DNA from: Tubiluchus corallicola
Taxonomy: Eukaryota; Animalia; Priapulida
Direction of reading: 5' to 3'
Assembly (NCBI GenBank): GCA_030141605.1
Contig: JAQGDQ010000267.1
Coordinates: forward strand, 186,001 to 250,000
DNA length: 64,000 bases
Position numbers and translations under genes: made by a program. The notes beneath the pieces were generated by a model. The model worked only from the letters and a program-made list of their open reading frames with translations. It did not search any database and was not told the DNA's origin. This document shows positions 1 through 13,700 of the stretch, in pieces. Each line of letters begins with the position of its first letter. The stretch's first letter is position 1.

Positions 1-148
1 TCCAGTTGGTTATTTTTTTGGTAGCACAGAATCACAATGAACCTATTATGATGTGGTAAAATTTATCAATGTGAACTTTGTTGTAAAACATGAACATAAG
101 ACAATCCATATGTGCTTGCACAAGCGCTATATGAAATTGAGTTTTCAC

Positions 149-308
149 CTTTCATATCCTAAACGGCTAGCCGACTTTTGAATATCTTGGCTTTCTTTGT
201 CAGAAGAACTGTAGACTATGATTTTATCAGTTTTTTTAGGTTTTCGTCTCTCAAATATGTATCTAAAGTTCCCTGGATTCATCTGAAGAGCCAGAACAAA
301 CATGGGTG
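149..308 (-). CDS. Rhodanese-like gene, exon carrying the active-site loop (IIVYSSSDKES)
   Basis: Acceptor ctcttgcag, donor gtgaaa, 160 nt open frame in phase with the preceding exon. Confidence 0.8.
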
Positions 309-2062
309 CTGCAAGAGAATGGCATTAATAAATAAACAACTTTTTAAAGATGTGAACATTAAGATGTGATCTTTTTAATTGTTTTTAAATCAAGAGATTT
401 ATTAGTTGGATATAAGCTCATTTCTTATACCAAATCAAAGTTTTATCAATGAGTTAATATGAGTGCATGAATTATCTCTGCTACTTCTTCTATTGTTTTC
501 TTTGAATAATAAAGATGATAAGAATAATTTCTCATGATGTACGTCAGTGATATTGTATACTCTCATTCTGTTGTGCACTCTCGATTCTTGAGTTATGCGA
601 AAGATTTGGAAAATTGTACTTGGCATTTGCTACCTGAAACTCGTCAAGACCAAGCAGGTTACGAACATTCCGATTACTAGAGTAACCTGTTGCACTAACA
701 TGGAAAAAAGTTGGTGCACTTCAGCTGTCTTAATAACTATAAGACATTTTTATTATTATTGCTTAAGGAAATGCAACAACCGCATATACATAAAATGAAA
801 AGACACTATCATTAATGCGTACAACAATACATATTAAAAACATTGAAAACAGTATTTCATATACACTTCAGTTACTGAGTGGATCTTTCTCCAAAATGGG
901 TCTCGGTTGCCAACTAAAGGTCTCAAATGATAAACATGTTTTAACATCCTGGATTCCACGTTAAAATATGTATATGATGTTGCATACAAAATTATATTAC
1001 CATTGTTAAGTGAAAGTTGCAAGGAAAGTTGAAATATCGTTGTATAAGCATAGTCAAATTTTGATGTTGGACTGAAAGACGCTATTCAATAAACCAAATC
1101 TAATTGAAACAATGTCGTATGATGAAATATATGCTGTCACTTCAGGAAAGATGATCACAACAAAAATAAAAAATTCTCAAAACAAAGAAGCAGTCAACTT
1201 AGTTTTCAACAATAAACCTTGAGATCTTTTTTAGATCCATTAAAGCATAAAAAACTCATGATGGGACTTTCTTGCCTTAGCAAGTGCATAATTAGAAGAA
1301 CACTGCATTTTCAAAGTTTTGGTATTCCTATTCTTCAGTTACAGTCTAATGGAGTAGTACTTTATGGCTGAGCTAAGTAATTGTGATTAAAATTTGCAGT
1401 CAACTCTTTCTTTATCCTGTTGTCCACTTGTCCTAATTACTGGAGATTTCTTTAGCGAAACATTTTAGTGTTTAATAAGAGCTGAAAACACCCATGTAGC
1501 AACTAGACTAAGTTCTAATTCTTCCAGTCACAAATGTGCAAGCAAGTGAAAGATAGCACTGAGTGGAACCTACCTGGAATGTTTATGGCAGTCTGGATCA
1601 TTCCAGATTTATGCACTTCAACTGGTGGTCTCAAATCAATGACGTAAACAAGTTTATTTACTATCTGCTGGTCCAAGTCCGCATGGAAAATATCTTAACA
1701 AAAACAACAAGCAAACAACTATTCAACTGGAAATTTATTTAAAATCAATCATTTTTTATTCAGAAAATTAAATTGAAATAAAATTCATCGAGGTACTGCT
1801 TGTGGCTTGGCAGCTAGTTTAGCTCATTGACTCGGTTTTCTCTTTTCACGTAGGAGAGTGTAGTCATGAAGACACGTAAAGGTTTGCTCTTTCACTAGTG
1901 CTAAAAAGCGTGTAAATTTATATCTGTAATGAATAGGTAATAATTTGGAAATAAAAAGTTTTGGCAAAAATTATCTTTCAGAAGCGTTCTACAGAAACAT
2001 TACTATTTCGTGGTTCAGAGATTTAGGGCCTTCACGAACGCACACTATCCGTACTTACCCAT
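149..2062 (-). CDS. Single-domain rhodanese/thiosulfate sulfurtransferase-like protein (TSTD1/TSTD3/Hsp67Bb-like), 3'-partial; coding exons 2062-2059, 1693-1574, 308-149; continues off the window
   Basis: Phase-compatible GT-AG exons splice to MDIFHADLDQQIVNKLVYVIDLRPPVEVHKSGMIQTAINIPAPMFVLALQMNPGNFRYIFERRKPKKTDKIIVYSSSDKESQDIQKSASRLGYE. This matches the rhodanese pattern (IDxR...E...GxIxxAINIP...KP....IIVY[C]...LGY). The start exon assignment is less certain. Confidence 0.8.
1574..1693 (-). CDS. Rhodanese-like gene, internal exon (IFHADLDQQIVNKLVYVIDLRPPVEVHKSGMIQTAINIP)
   Basis: Acceptor ttgttaag, donor gtaggt, 120 nt, phase 1-1; contains the IDLR and GMIQTAINIP motifs. Confidence 0.8.
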
Positions 2063-5000
2063 CCTGGCCGCCACACATTGTCAAGCTTTCTAGCCTAGAA
2101 GAAAATTCATTTTTTTAGAAATGTTTAAGTGAAATGATAAAAATTGATCAGGTTTGACACATTTATTATTATTGAGATGTGCTATATCTATTCTGAGTGC
2201 TTCATAGTCATCATTGCTGTTGTTGTCGATGTCATGTATGTATTTATTCAATGACATCTAAAAATTCAGTATAATTCTGAATTGAAAGTAAGTCATTCTG
2301 CAAAACACTTAGATCGTCACTGTCGTTGTCGTTAGCATTATCTTTATAATTATCATTGTAGTCGTCCTCTTCACTGCCTGTTATTGTAATCATAAATACA
2401 GTTTCTAATGTTCAAAGAAGAAAATAGTAAATAAGAAGAAATTTATTTAGGGCTGGACGAGGTGCAGATGTTTACAAAATCATTCTAACTACTAATTCAC
2501 TTTTGCTTTTCATCTATCTCTGTGCGTCTCCTGATTGGGGTATGAAAACCTGAAACTTGCTAATTCTTTATTGACATTCTAATCATAAATGTAAATTTGT
2601 ATCATTCTCAAAACACGCAAAACAAAAAAACATCAAAAGAAACATGGTTGACATGCCACTAACGGCCCAGCCACTTTGTGTCTAAAGCACGTTTACAGTA
2701 AAGACCAGTCGTGCATTAGTCGCAGAATTATCAAGAGCTTATCGTATGCGTGCAAAATAAAGTTAGTTTCATTACAAACCTCCAGGCCTTCTCAGATCTG
2801 CCATCACCCGATTTGTACTTTTCAGATGACGGAATCACGTTGCATTGACAACGGGCGAGTAGCTTGCAGTCCAGGCAACAGAAGCGTAATTTGTTGTCAT
2901 GGTAATAAAAATTTTCTAATTGATGTCTCGCATTGTCTTTGCGCGTGCCTAATAGCAGTTACATGATGAAATTTGTCATCTTGGACAAGTACCGTATTTG
3001 TATATTGGCTGAGCGGTCATGCTCCGTTTTTTGCGACTGAATTTAAGTAACGTTGTACCTGGTAAACAAACATGTGGGTGACCACAAAATATCTCGGGCG
3101 ATTTTTATCTGCCACCTTATTTGCGTCTATTTACTTTTCACTGTTTTATTACCTTTTGGTGAGGATATTTAATTTGTATGTCTAAACATTTGTATGGCTA
3201 AGTCTGTCTAATGTGGCGTGTCTAAACTTGCTTGTTCGATTATCGTCTTGAATTACTATGTTGATACAGAACTATGTTCCCACCCTGCCATAATCGTTAA
3301 CATAATAAGATCGTTAACAGAATAACAGGTTAACAGCATGGTTTGCAATTGAGTACTGACTACTGACATATTTTACCCAACCTTGTGTATAATGGATTGT
3401 TTCTCTCTCACCTCCTCCTTTTTTTCTCCTTCTTCTTTCTCTCTCTCAGCGTCTTTTCATTTTCCTTATTTTTTTATTCTTTTGTTTCTTTTTTATTTTT
3501 TCCGTAGTTGCATTTTTTCTAATGTAAAAAACAGCGTCGAAGTGCCAAGAAGTTGTAGCGTGTTAGAATGAGAATGATTGTAAAAGAATCAGTAAATCTC
3601 GTACGCCCCCGCTTCACTTGTTCATCTCTGTCCTCCTTCGTATATCTGTAATGCAGGTGCGCACGTTTTCAAGGTGTTACTTCTTGCACACTTAGTAATT
3701 AATTTGTCCGTGTCGTCTAAATGAGCTGCATGCCGCTCTAACACGGTGTTGGGCAACTAAACATCATAAAACACTCGTTTCACTGGAGGCAGTGGAGTTT
3801 TCGCCAGTAATGATGGAGTTTTTGGCAGTTTTTCTTAACACTGTATTCAGACAGTGTGTGATGGACTGTCTGCAATGAGATTTTAATCAACCCTTGGAGG
3901 GGTAAGTTCCTGATTCTCTTTTTTTGCTGCATTTGTTATTTCTCTTCTTTGTAAGTACCCGAATTCACTCTTTTTCTTTTTTATTTGTGTGTGTTTATTT
4001 TTTGTTTGCACTTATTGCTTCTTTCTTCATTTGCCCTCCTTTTTTCCCTTTTTTCATCACCTGCTTTCCCTTTTCTTTTCTCATACGCCTTCTTGTCTAT
4101 TTGTGCACTTTTCTTTTCTGCTTACCCTTTTTTCAATTCTTCTTTCTCATTTTTGTTGCTTTTCTGTTTTTCGGCTTCCTTCCCTGGCAGTCCATACACA
4201 CCGTCAATCTTGTTTTCTCTCAACTTACTTTCTGACGTGATTATCACGTTGTGGGCTTATCTTAAGATCAGGTCGAATAGCTAAGGAGTAGGAGAAATAA
4301 GTCTGACACAAAGCGAAATAGTTTTTAGACGTTACAGTAGTGAAAGGAGTGAGTAATGTATAACATGCAATAGCGAAAAACACATATGAAGTTTTAAAAT
4401 TGAAGGGTAGGCGTATTACGATTTTAATGTCGTCACAAAGCTTGCTTTGCTTATTGGGCCATTCACTTTTTGGCGGTTCTGAAGGTGACGCGCTGAAGCC
4501 TATCAGGTACGGCTTGAGGCTGGAATTCAATCTTTCTTCTCTGTGCTTGGTTATTAATTTAACTAGCTATCGAATGAGAGTACAACTTCATGGGGATCAA
4601 CAAAATTGAATGGAAATGATCTGTGTTATAATAATTACGTATCAAGTTAATTCTGAAAACTTGCAAAATGATAAAGAACTCTCCTGTGTCCATTCTTAAC
4701 CAGAAAAGTCAGAAATGCGCGTATGCCCACTTAGTCTCATAAACTGTGATATTCAGCAGATTCGCCATTTTTACAAGCTAATGTTGCGATAACATTTCAT
4801 CCCAGGTCGCCTTGCTTGTTAGAACATATAAGCTAGGTTATTTTTTGCAGTTTCGTTAGTGAAATTTAAGCCATTTGGAAATCAGTTTATTTTCAAAGCT
4901 GCCGGCATGTTTTTACAAATTTTCTGGGTGTGCGCACCTTCTCTGCGTGTTTATAAAACGTCTTGCTTGTTTTTTTAAGTTTTTAATAACACTTTTTATG

Positions 5001-7361
5001 TTTTGATTGATCGTTTTTGAAATTGGAAGCTGGGTATGTGTACAAGGGAGGAAAAACTGAAGAGAGAACAGACGCACACGGAAAAAGAAAGGGTACTTAA
5101 GAGACAGTTGAAATAAAGGCTATAATAATATAACAATAATTTTTATTTACAGTCGGCTTTTGGATGAACAATTAACATAAGCTCAAACAGCCGACAGAAA
5201 ATAACAAATCTACAATTATATAACAGAGATTATTATTACCCCACTTTTACCCTAAATGCCGGTGCCATTTTTAAAGTCTTTGGCGCCGTATTGAACTCAC
5301 GACCCAGACGGAAAATGAACTCGTTAGAACTAGAATAAACTGTCTGATTTATAAGGGCTGTAAACAAGAAAAGAAGGAACAAATGAAAAAAGTAGGTTTA
5401 TGTTTTAAAGTCGTTTAGATAAATTATGTTTTTTCCGTAATAACCATGCTGCCATGTCTAAACTCTTAAATGGTTACATAATTATACATAATAATAAATT
5501 ATTCTACAGCAACAGCCTAAATCAAGATGAGCGCGTGTGGCGAATATTTAATTATGATTTATAATGTATTGAAATTAGGGATTCCACTTTTGTAACTGAA
5601 TATTTTTTGCATATGTAGAGGAACCGGACGTTATAGCCTCTGCTAAAATCGCCTGAATAACGCGTGGGTGGTGGCCACCGTGTCCAGCTCACGGCTTAAA
5701 ATCTCGCTTCATTTACCTGGTTTAAAAGCGGCAGTATAATCCAATTAGAAGCATACGAAATTAAATCAATTAACAAAGGTGAATAGTTAATTTATTTATG
5801 CTAATCTCGACAAACGAATGACCGCTGGAAATAGCCACCCAGGTGTTCAAAGCAGGGCGTTTTTGGAAAACTCCTAAACAGGAAGTTGCCCTTTCTTTGC
5901 TTTTCTGTGGCGTATAGAAAGCTGCTCAAGAAACAAGATGGTTATTACTGTTATAAACCCATTCTAACAATTATTTGCAAATCAGGCGTCATGTCTTATT
6001 TTTGTGTTAAATTTTGTCCTTCACTCTCAAATAGGCGATGACTTTACTAATTAGGCATATATGATTATTTTTAGTAGGTTTTTTCATTTTTGAAAGTTTA
6101 TTGTACTTCAGTTAGAGTGGTATTTTTATAATAGCAGCTGAGCGAATCATTACGAATGCAACTGTTTTGGAAATAGTTTTAATTTTACTTTGCATTTATA
6201 AACTATGCTCATTTGGCGTTGTATCGGTTCAGTTTGTGACTATCTAGGGTAGTCACAGGGTTATTAAGTTTAAGGTGTTCTTTGTTTAGGCCAAAGATCA
6301 CTAGGCCTACATAAAAACGGTGGACCATTCAAGTCACTCACTGCCCCTGTCGAAATTTTCAAGCCGCAAAACTGCAGACACCGATTTATTTTCACTCGTC
6401 TTAGCCCTTTAGCGCTAACTTTTGACATTTGATTCATTTTCAGCTTCCTGTCCCTTGATAAGTTAAGTAACCGTACGTAATCCACGCTCATTCATAGAGC
6501 TCGTCTTGTCACCAAGGGCAACGGGTTGCTCCGGTCGGAAAAATGTCCACTTAAACAAATTTAACGACAGTAATTCGTTGATGGATAATGTCGGCCATTT
6601 AGTCAGTTTCGTATTTACAGAGTTGTTAATGTGTAAACTGTTGCTCTTTTCTTCACAATGCTCTTCGCTTTCCTGTGGTCAGTGAGCAGATTGTACCTAC
6701 TCATTGTGCAGAGAGAGAAAAAAATCACGAAAAATTTATTTTGTCAAGGAAATTCCGCGACTCGAAAATCTTGAGAATGGGAACTATTCCCGCGCATAAA
6801 TCAAGAGACCGTGACGTCACGCGTGCTAACAACGACCCCTGGTGGGCAAACAAGGAAACCTTTTCATTAAAAGAAAATGGCCAGGCTCTCCAGTTACTGT
6901 TTTGACTTGCAGCACATGAATTATTGTGTTAAAATTCTGCTACTGTTTGCAAGTGCTGTGCACATACATCTTTGTCATCTTTTTTGTAGCCTAGCCTTAT
7001 ATCAACGTGAAAACATAAATTGTAAATAAATTTTTCAAAACCTGTCCATTTTTTCACATTGGTCTTTTGTAGCTTTTCGTTCAACAGTGTTCAACAACGT
7101 TACAATGTTCATTTAAGCGAATCTTCTCGTTTCGCTTTTTGCTTCTCCCGTTTCGCTGTCTGATTGTCCTTCTGTCCATCTGCTCTGCTATACTGCGTCT
7201 ACCTTTCTCTGTGTTTCTGCCCCATTAACTTCTTGTGTCTCTGGAACTTACCTATACTATTTCCCTTCCTTTCTCTTTCTGTGCTTCAGCTCTGCGTGCC
7301 TCCTTCTTTGTCTCTTTCCCCTTCTCCCTCGCACGTCTCTCCTCCTCTCCCGCTATCTCTT

Positions 7362-7362
<1 letters not shown>

Positions 7363-7400
<38 letters not shown>
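7363..7400. repeat. (CT)n microsatellite within a pyrimidine-rich tract
   Basis: Direct inspection. Confidence 0.9.
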
Positions 7401-7403
<3 letters not shown>

Positions 7404-7592
7404 GATATTGCGCCCAGTCCGAACCAAACGGTTTTTTATTGAACTTTCTATCAGACATTAGTCAAATTCTAGACACGCCGCATATGATTGATTCGATCCA
7501 AATTGCAATTTCATCGCTGTTCTTTATTTTCATTATAATTGGTACATGCGCTGTATTGTTACTAATGCATTTGGCTATGCTAATGGTGTCGC

Positions 7593-7971
7593 CAGGGCCG
7601 GATTATCCTATAGGTTAGTATAGGTTGCAGCCTAGTGCCCTCAGCTTGGGACCCCCGAGGTTTGGTAATATTTGGTAAAAAAAATCTATTTTTTTCACTA
7701 CAGTTGTGTTGAAATACATGCTAATTTGGTTGCAATAAATAGTAAAATAGTAGTATTTCTTACAGAGCAGTTTTATTGACAAACGAAAGATACATATTCT
7801 AGCTTATTTTAAAAATTTGTGATAAGTTTACTTCAAGCGCTGTAAAAGTCCTCAAAATATATTACGAGTAAAACATATTCAAGACGGGTGGGGGTGAGTT
7901 ACATGGTGGCTCCGAGGGGCCTAATAATTTCATTAGTGTAGGGGCCCCGAAAGGTCGTAATCCGGCCTTTG
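7593..7971. mobile_element. Non-autonomous hAT-type DNA transposon (MITE), about 380 bp
   Basis: TIRs CAGGGCCGGATTA ... TAATCCGGCCTTTG, flanked by a near-perfect 8-bp TSD (GGTGTCGC / GTTGTCGC). An 8-bp TSD is typical of hAT elements. Confidence 0.75.
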
Positions 7972-8931
7972 GTTGTCGCTGTTTTTTGGCAATGTTTGTT
8001 GATGGTTGCTCTTTCATGAGGCAGACACTGCATGATAATTATTGGCTATTACTTGAGCTCTGGTAGGTGTTACTAAATCTTGATGAAACATAATCAAGAA
8101 TACTGTGGCTTTTGTAACTTCTGCTCCAGTAAATTGTGATACCAGGTAACTGTAAAAAATAACGCAAAAAAGAACGCATTACATCAAATTATTGCAGGAG
8201 AGTTTTGGTGTAGTTTAAATTTTTATTAAACTAATATATGCAGGTTGAACACAAAAAAGTAAGCAATTTTTAAAGTGGCATAGAGCCGAGAATTTTTATC
8301 CAATTTCTTTTATGAATTTAACAGGATAAACTAGAAAATTTTGACACCTTGCTAATTCTTATTGAGAGTCCAAAAAACAAACATTTTATGTCTGATATTT
8401 TCATCAAGCCATAAAATGTAGATATTAATGCGATTGATTGTATTGGCAGTAAATGTATTGATCAGTTCGAACGCAACCGAGAGTTAGTACCAGGAAAAAA
8501 ATAGGACAGTTTCTTAATGCAAAAGAAAAGAAAACTTAGACGGCAAATTATTTTTGTGTGTTTTAGGAAGCTTGGTTTTTTTATTTAGACTGCATTACAA
8601 TCTCAGATTTTTTTCATTTTTTATTTAAAAGTGGGTATTATTCTTAACACATGCATCTACTTTCATGGCAAAAGTTTATTCGAATGCGAAGAGAAATAAA
8701 TTCATAATGAACTGAATTCCTTAAAAGGGACTACTTTTTTGTGTTCACCGTTATGATTATGAAGTAATTTACCAAATGTTCTCTTTGAGAGTAAACTTGG
8801 TAGACCATAGACCAAAGTGAGACCAGTAAATAGAGCAAAAGAAAGAATGGGTGGTAAAAGGGAGGGGGTGGGGAGGAAACACGGTAAGGATGGAAAAAAA
8901 CAAGTGAGAGAAACAGAAACAGAAACAGACA

Positions 8932-9198
<267 letters not shown>

Positions 9199-12100
9199 GG
9201 AATCATATTTCGATCAAGGTTGCTCATTAACATTTTTGCTTGGTCAAATCAATTACATCTTCCTTTTCGTCTCAGCTGTCAATCAAACATTTAACTTGAA
9301 AGGAGAAACATTCAGATTTCATTAATGCTTAGTCAACAGACGCCAGACACAGCAAACACATGAATATGAAACAGTTGCTGCCAGCTTTTCAGCTTCTCTC
9401 GGTGATCTATGACAACATCATGATCTATGGTTTCATATCTATGACTTTGATCGCCGTAATGATTGCTAACGCACACACTCTTTCAGTACCCTAATTATAG
9501 TGCGTATTTGTCACAGCGCAAAGTGTGGTTGGCTGATGCGTTTTTCATATGTAAAAGCATGCATATTGTCAAAATCATAGGTTCTAGATTGACAAAGGTT
9601 CAGTAGACATTCGAATACACCGACTATACCGTATGACCGTTTGTATCAAGTAGAACATGACGAACCTTTACTTATTTTAGCTTAGTTTAACTTGACTATA
9701 GATGTTGATGACTAGATTATAATGTTGGTGAATGTGTTATGACGTTGGTGGTGACGTCGACGAGCATTTACAGGCAGAAGATAAAATTGCGTGCAAGTTG
9801 CTTCGCTTTAGAAAGCTAGTTTATCTTAAGCAAAATGTAAAATATTTTTTATTGTTTCGTTGCAGCCTCGTTTTATTGGCAATGACGCCCATTGATACCC
9901 TGCAAAATGAGCATCCTGATTTTCAATTTTGCATTTTTTATGATTGGCTGTAAATAAAGCCAATACAGTACATTAAAGGGGAACTATTTAAAATGAATTT
10001 CCAATTGGTCACAGGTCGTAACCGAAGTTAAACTACGCCGTGATCAGAGAATGGTTTGCGAGACCTAAATTCAATATTCACTCTGGACAGTTTCGTTCAC
10101 CGTACTGATTCTGTCTGTTTACTTCAATGAGGAAAACTGTATCTATGTGAATGTGACTAAAACAGTTTTACCAGCTGACTATCTCATCTCTTACATCCAG
10201 TTTGTACCCAGTGAAAGTCAAGTCAGTGTACGACAGACCTGTGTGTGAATTTTGGCTGCACTAACAATGTTATGTACACGTTCTTATCTTCACGTCCAGC
10301 ATGCCAATGTAACCTCTTTTATTTTCTCCTCTTTCGTTAGCTTTTACTTTTCGAAAATAATTATGCACAACCTTTTTTATTCTTTCGCGATACTATTTCT
10401 TCCGTTACAGTTAAAAACGATTAAGCATTATACTAAGGTATGAACATTTTTTCAAAGCACTCTGTATTTGTTACGTATCATATCAATAGCATATCGACAC
10501 TCTTGTTAATCTTTTCATGCGCGTAAAAACGACAAAACTTTTCTCTACTGATAAAACGTCGAAAAGGAGAAGTAAAGAAATCGGCATTTCCCCACGATAA
10601 AAAGAGAAGAAACGGATTTCCCTGCAGGCTACTTGACACCTGTGATCCGAATTTAGAGTAAAATGTTAACCGGATATTGGGCTCTCTTGATGAATCTTGA
10701 TGCGAATTGGGAGGGACAGAAACTGGGCGGATAAAGAAAATTCGAAATTAAGCGCATGTAAAAAAAGAAGGTAATGAAATTAATGTAGATTGACAGCTGC
10801 ATCTTATTGTGTGGGACCACTAAAACAGTTATAATATTTAGTTACGAGGACGCTAAATTGTAACTAGTCCAAGCAATATAGGGGCACCAATATGGGCTAG
10901 TATTACTCCTATTGGTGGACGTGTTGAGACTGAGGTTTTTAACGTCTGAAATTATGGCAAGAGAGGAGATTAGGAAACAAAGTTAGAAAGAGAGAGGGTG
11001 GCCGACGGAAAGAGAGGGAGAATAAGAGAGAATGGGGAAGGAAGGAGAGAGAGAGAGAGAGAGAGTGGCTAAGATGGAGAAAATGGCGAGGGGAATGAGA
11101 GCGAGGCTAAGTTATCAGTAGTTTAAAAAGATTGCATCGTGAACGCGAATAGATGTATTTTGTATCTAAGATCGCTTGAAAAAACTGGGTCTTGGTGACT
11201 TTGATCAAGGTTCTCTGAAGGTAATAAAGCCGAGGTGCATATGCTGAATTTCAAGGCCTGTCTGCGTAGGAGGACGTTTTAGTAAATTCAAGTTTATGAA
11301 TTGGCTGTATGGTGTATGCATTTCTGAAGCCACTTCCGATGCTTCTTCGGTATTCTGCCGTTACACTGAAAAGCTAAATTTAAATTGAAAGATCATACAG
11401 TTATTGCAACGTTGGAGTTTTTTACGATTATAAATTTTGTCCTGAAAAACGGTGACTTTTTGCAGTTTGAATAGAATGTAAAAAGGAGTACAAAATTGAT
11501 TGCAATTATGCTATTTATATTGTGCATATATATGTAGCCACAAACAAGCCGTCTTGCATTCGAAGTGAGTGGATGCATATGTGGGTTGGAATTACTTCAA
11601 GCGTTTTTCCGCATATCATGTGTGGACACAAAAATTTGGTGCACGCGAAGCCGCTTTAATTTAAAAAAATATTAAAAAATTCTCATTGCATTGGTATAAA
11701 ACTTTTTTCCATGAAAATAGATGCATATACTTACGAAATCTATGAAATAGATACATATTATGAGTTTAAGATAAGAAATGGAGAATTCGGGATTTTAACG
11801 TGGCTTTAGATAAAAATGTTCAGCTTTTCTAAAGTAACAAGAACTGTCATGTATCCCTTTTGCTTTTGAAAACTTTCGTTTTTATTTACACTAAACAACT
11901 GTTCAAGACGTTTCCTGACACTTCACTTATTTTTCTCAACTGGAGTCAGAACTGATTGATAACTTTATTTATTTGTTCTTGGGAAAGTTCTTCCAATTTC
12001 AACGATAACTTGCTTAAAATGATGCAAACTTTTTATTTTTATTTTTTCACAATGTTGTATCAATTCTGTAGTGATTATATAAACGTTTTGTCTTCTTTTG

Positions 12101-13589
12101 TAAACGGTATGGTCTATATTTATTTTTTTATTTAAAAACTTGGAAAACTAAAAAATGACTAAATGAATAAAATAAAATTAACGTGTCCATTAAGAAATAC
12201 CATCATACTAATGTCTACTTTTCTTCTTCAATTTATGGGCTCATTTTGGGCGCTGTTCAAAATCGAGATCTTTGGCTTGTTAATTTGTCTGTCTTTTTTC
12301 ATACCTGTTCCATTTTTAATACTTTACCCTAAATTCCTGTTTCGAATTCTTTCCCATTCATCAAAACTTGACCATAGATTTTTCCCAAATGATTTCACCA
12401 GCTTTCTGGATTCTCACAAATTCTTTCGGGCTTACACTCTCGTAAGCAGCTAAAACCGAAACTGCCGCGAGCTAAGCAAAGTGGTTGGCTAAATGCTAGG
12501 GCTGCGTAATTGTAAAGGGTGTTTGCAAAAAAAAATCCAGTATTCACGTAGCGAAAATGTCCTAATGCGTGAAATTGTGCCTTTTGATGGAAGTTACAGC
12601 TATTTAATTCCAAAAGCTAGTTTGGTAGATAACGGCGTTAGGTTTTAGTAGAAATATCGTTTTAGTTTCGTCAGATTAGTGTTCTCGTTTTTTACGTCTG
12701 CCCCCTAGCGGAGCTTGTGCTCAAGTACGACTGTTTAGCAAGTCAGTTTCAGTTTGTGTATTAGTATTACCGCGTTTAGTTGCACGTTTGCTGCTTTCCT
12801 GAGAGCGTTGATTGCAAGTTGATAACTTTTCTGTTAACGCGTTTATTTATATTGTTTGTTGTTTATTTATCAGCAGTTGTTTTTGTGGCGATTGCATTGA
12901 AATGTTGTGCGCATTACTGAGTTCTTCGGATTAAATTGTCTCAATAAGAGGTAGGCCTATGTTAAGTTGCAGGTTAATCTAAAAGCTGCAAGTTTGGGTG
13001 AGTCTGACTCTGTGTAAAGACGTTTCCACACAAACATTTTTTTGGTTCTCTGTTTTTTAGTAAGGTGTACAGGTACCATTTTAGTACTTGTACAAGATTT
13101 TCGTGCTTTCTTTAAAAACCAGTCTTATTATTTCGTTTCGTTTCTTTTTTATTCATCACCTTTTATTAGTTATTCTTTACCTATTTATTTACTTACCTGT
13201 TTTATGTGGACATTTACCTGTTTTATATGAACGTCAAATGGTTTTACAGTTTTTAGATATTTTAAGTACAGATCCATTGAAAATTGTACGTAAATGATAC
13301 TTCGTATAGGCACTTTCAGTAATAAAACTATGTTCACATATTAGGCTCACTTGGTTTAACTATGTTGTTTATTGTTTGTATCTGACTTTATGTTTTCACT
13401 AATCCCTGGACCAAAAACATAACAAGTTCGTCATGGGTGGTAATTGTATTTTGAAGCGTTTTTACTCCGACTTTTGCTCGCCCCGACTAAAATTATTTAT
13501 AATACACGTCGTGTATAATTTTACTTGCTCGTAGTAAACAATTTGGAGAATTCTCCCGACTCACTGGGCCGTGAATTTGCGGAGTTTTA

Positions 13590-13700
13590 ACTAAATACTG
13601 TCTCAGTTAATGAAAACACAGCCGATACTAAATACTGGCCCAGTTAATGAAGACAACCGATACGAAATACTGGCCCAGTTAGTGAAGACACAACCAATAT
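13590..13700. repeat. Three imperfect tandem copies of a roughly 36-bp unit (AAATACTGGCCCAGTTAATGAAGAC..CCGATAC)
   Basis: Direct inspection. Confidence 0.8.

Noticed and set aside
3383-4284. Phe/Leu-rich membrane-protein-like ORFs
   Set aside because: T-rich low-complexity DNA is open in several frames at once; no motifs or splice support.
13590-13700. Roughly 36-bp repeats of CRISPR-like size
   Set aside because: Head-to-tail copies without spacers; an ordinary minisatellite.
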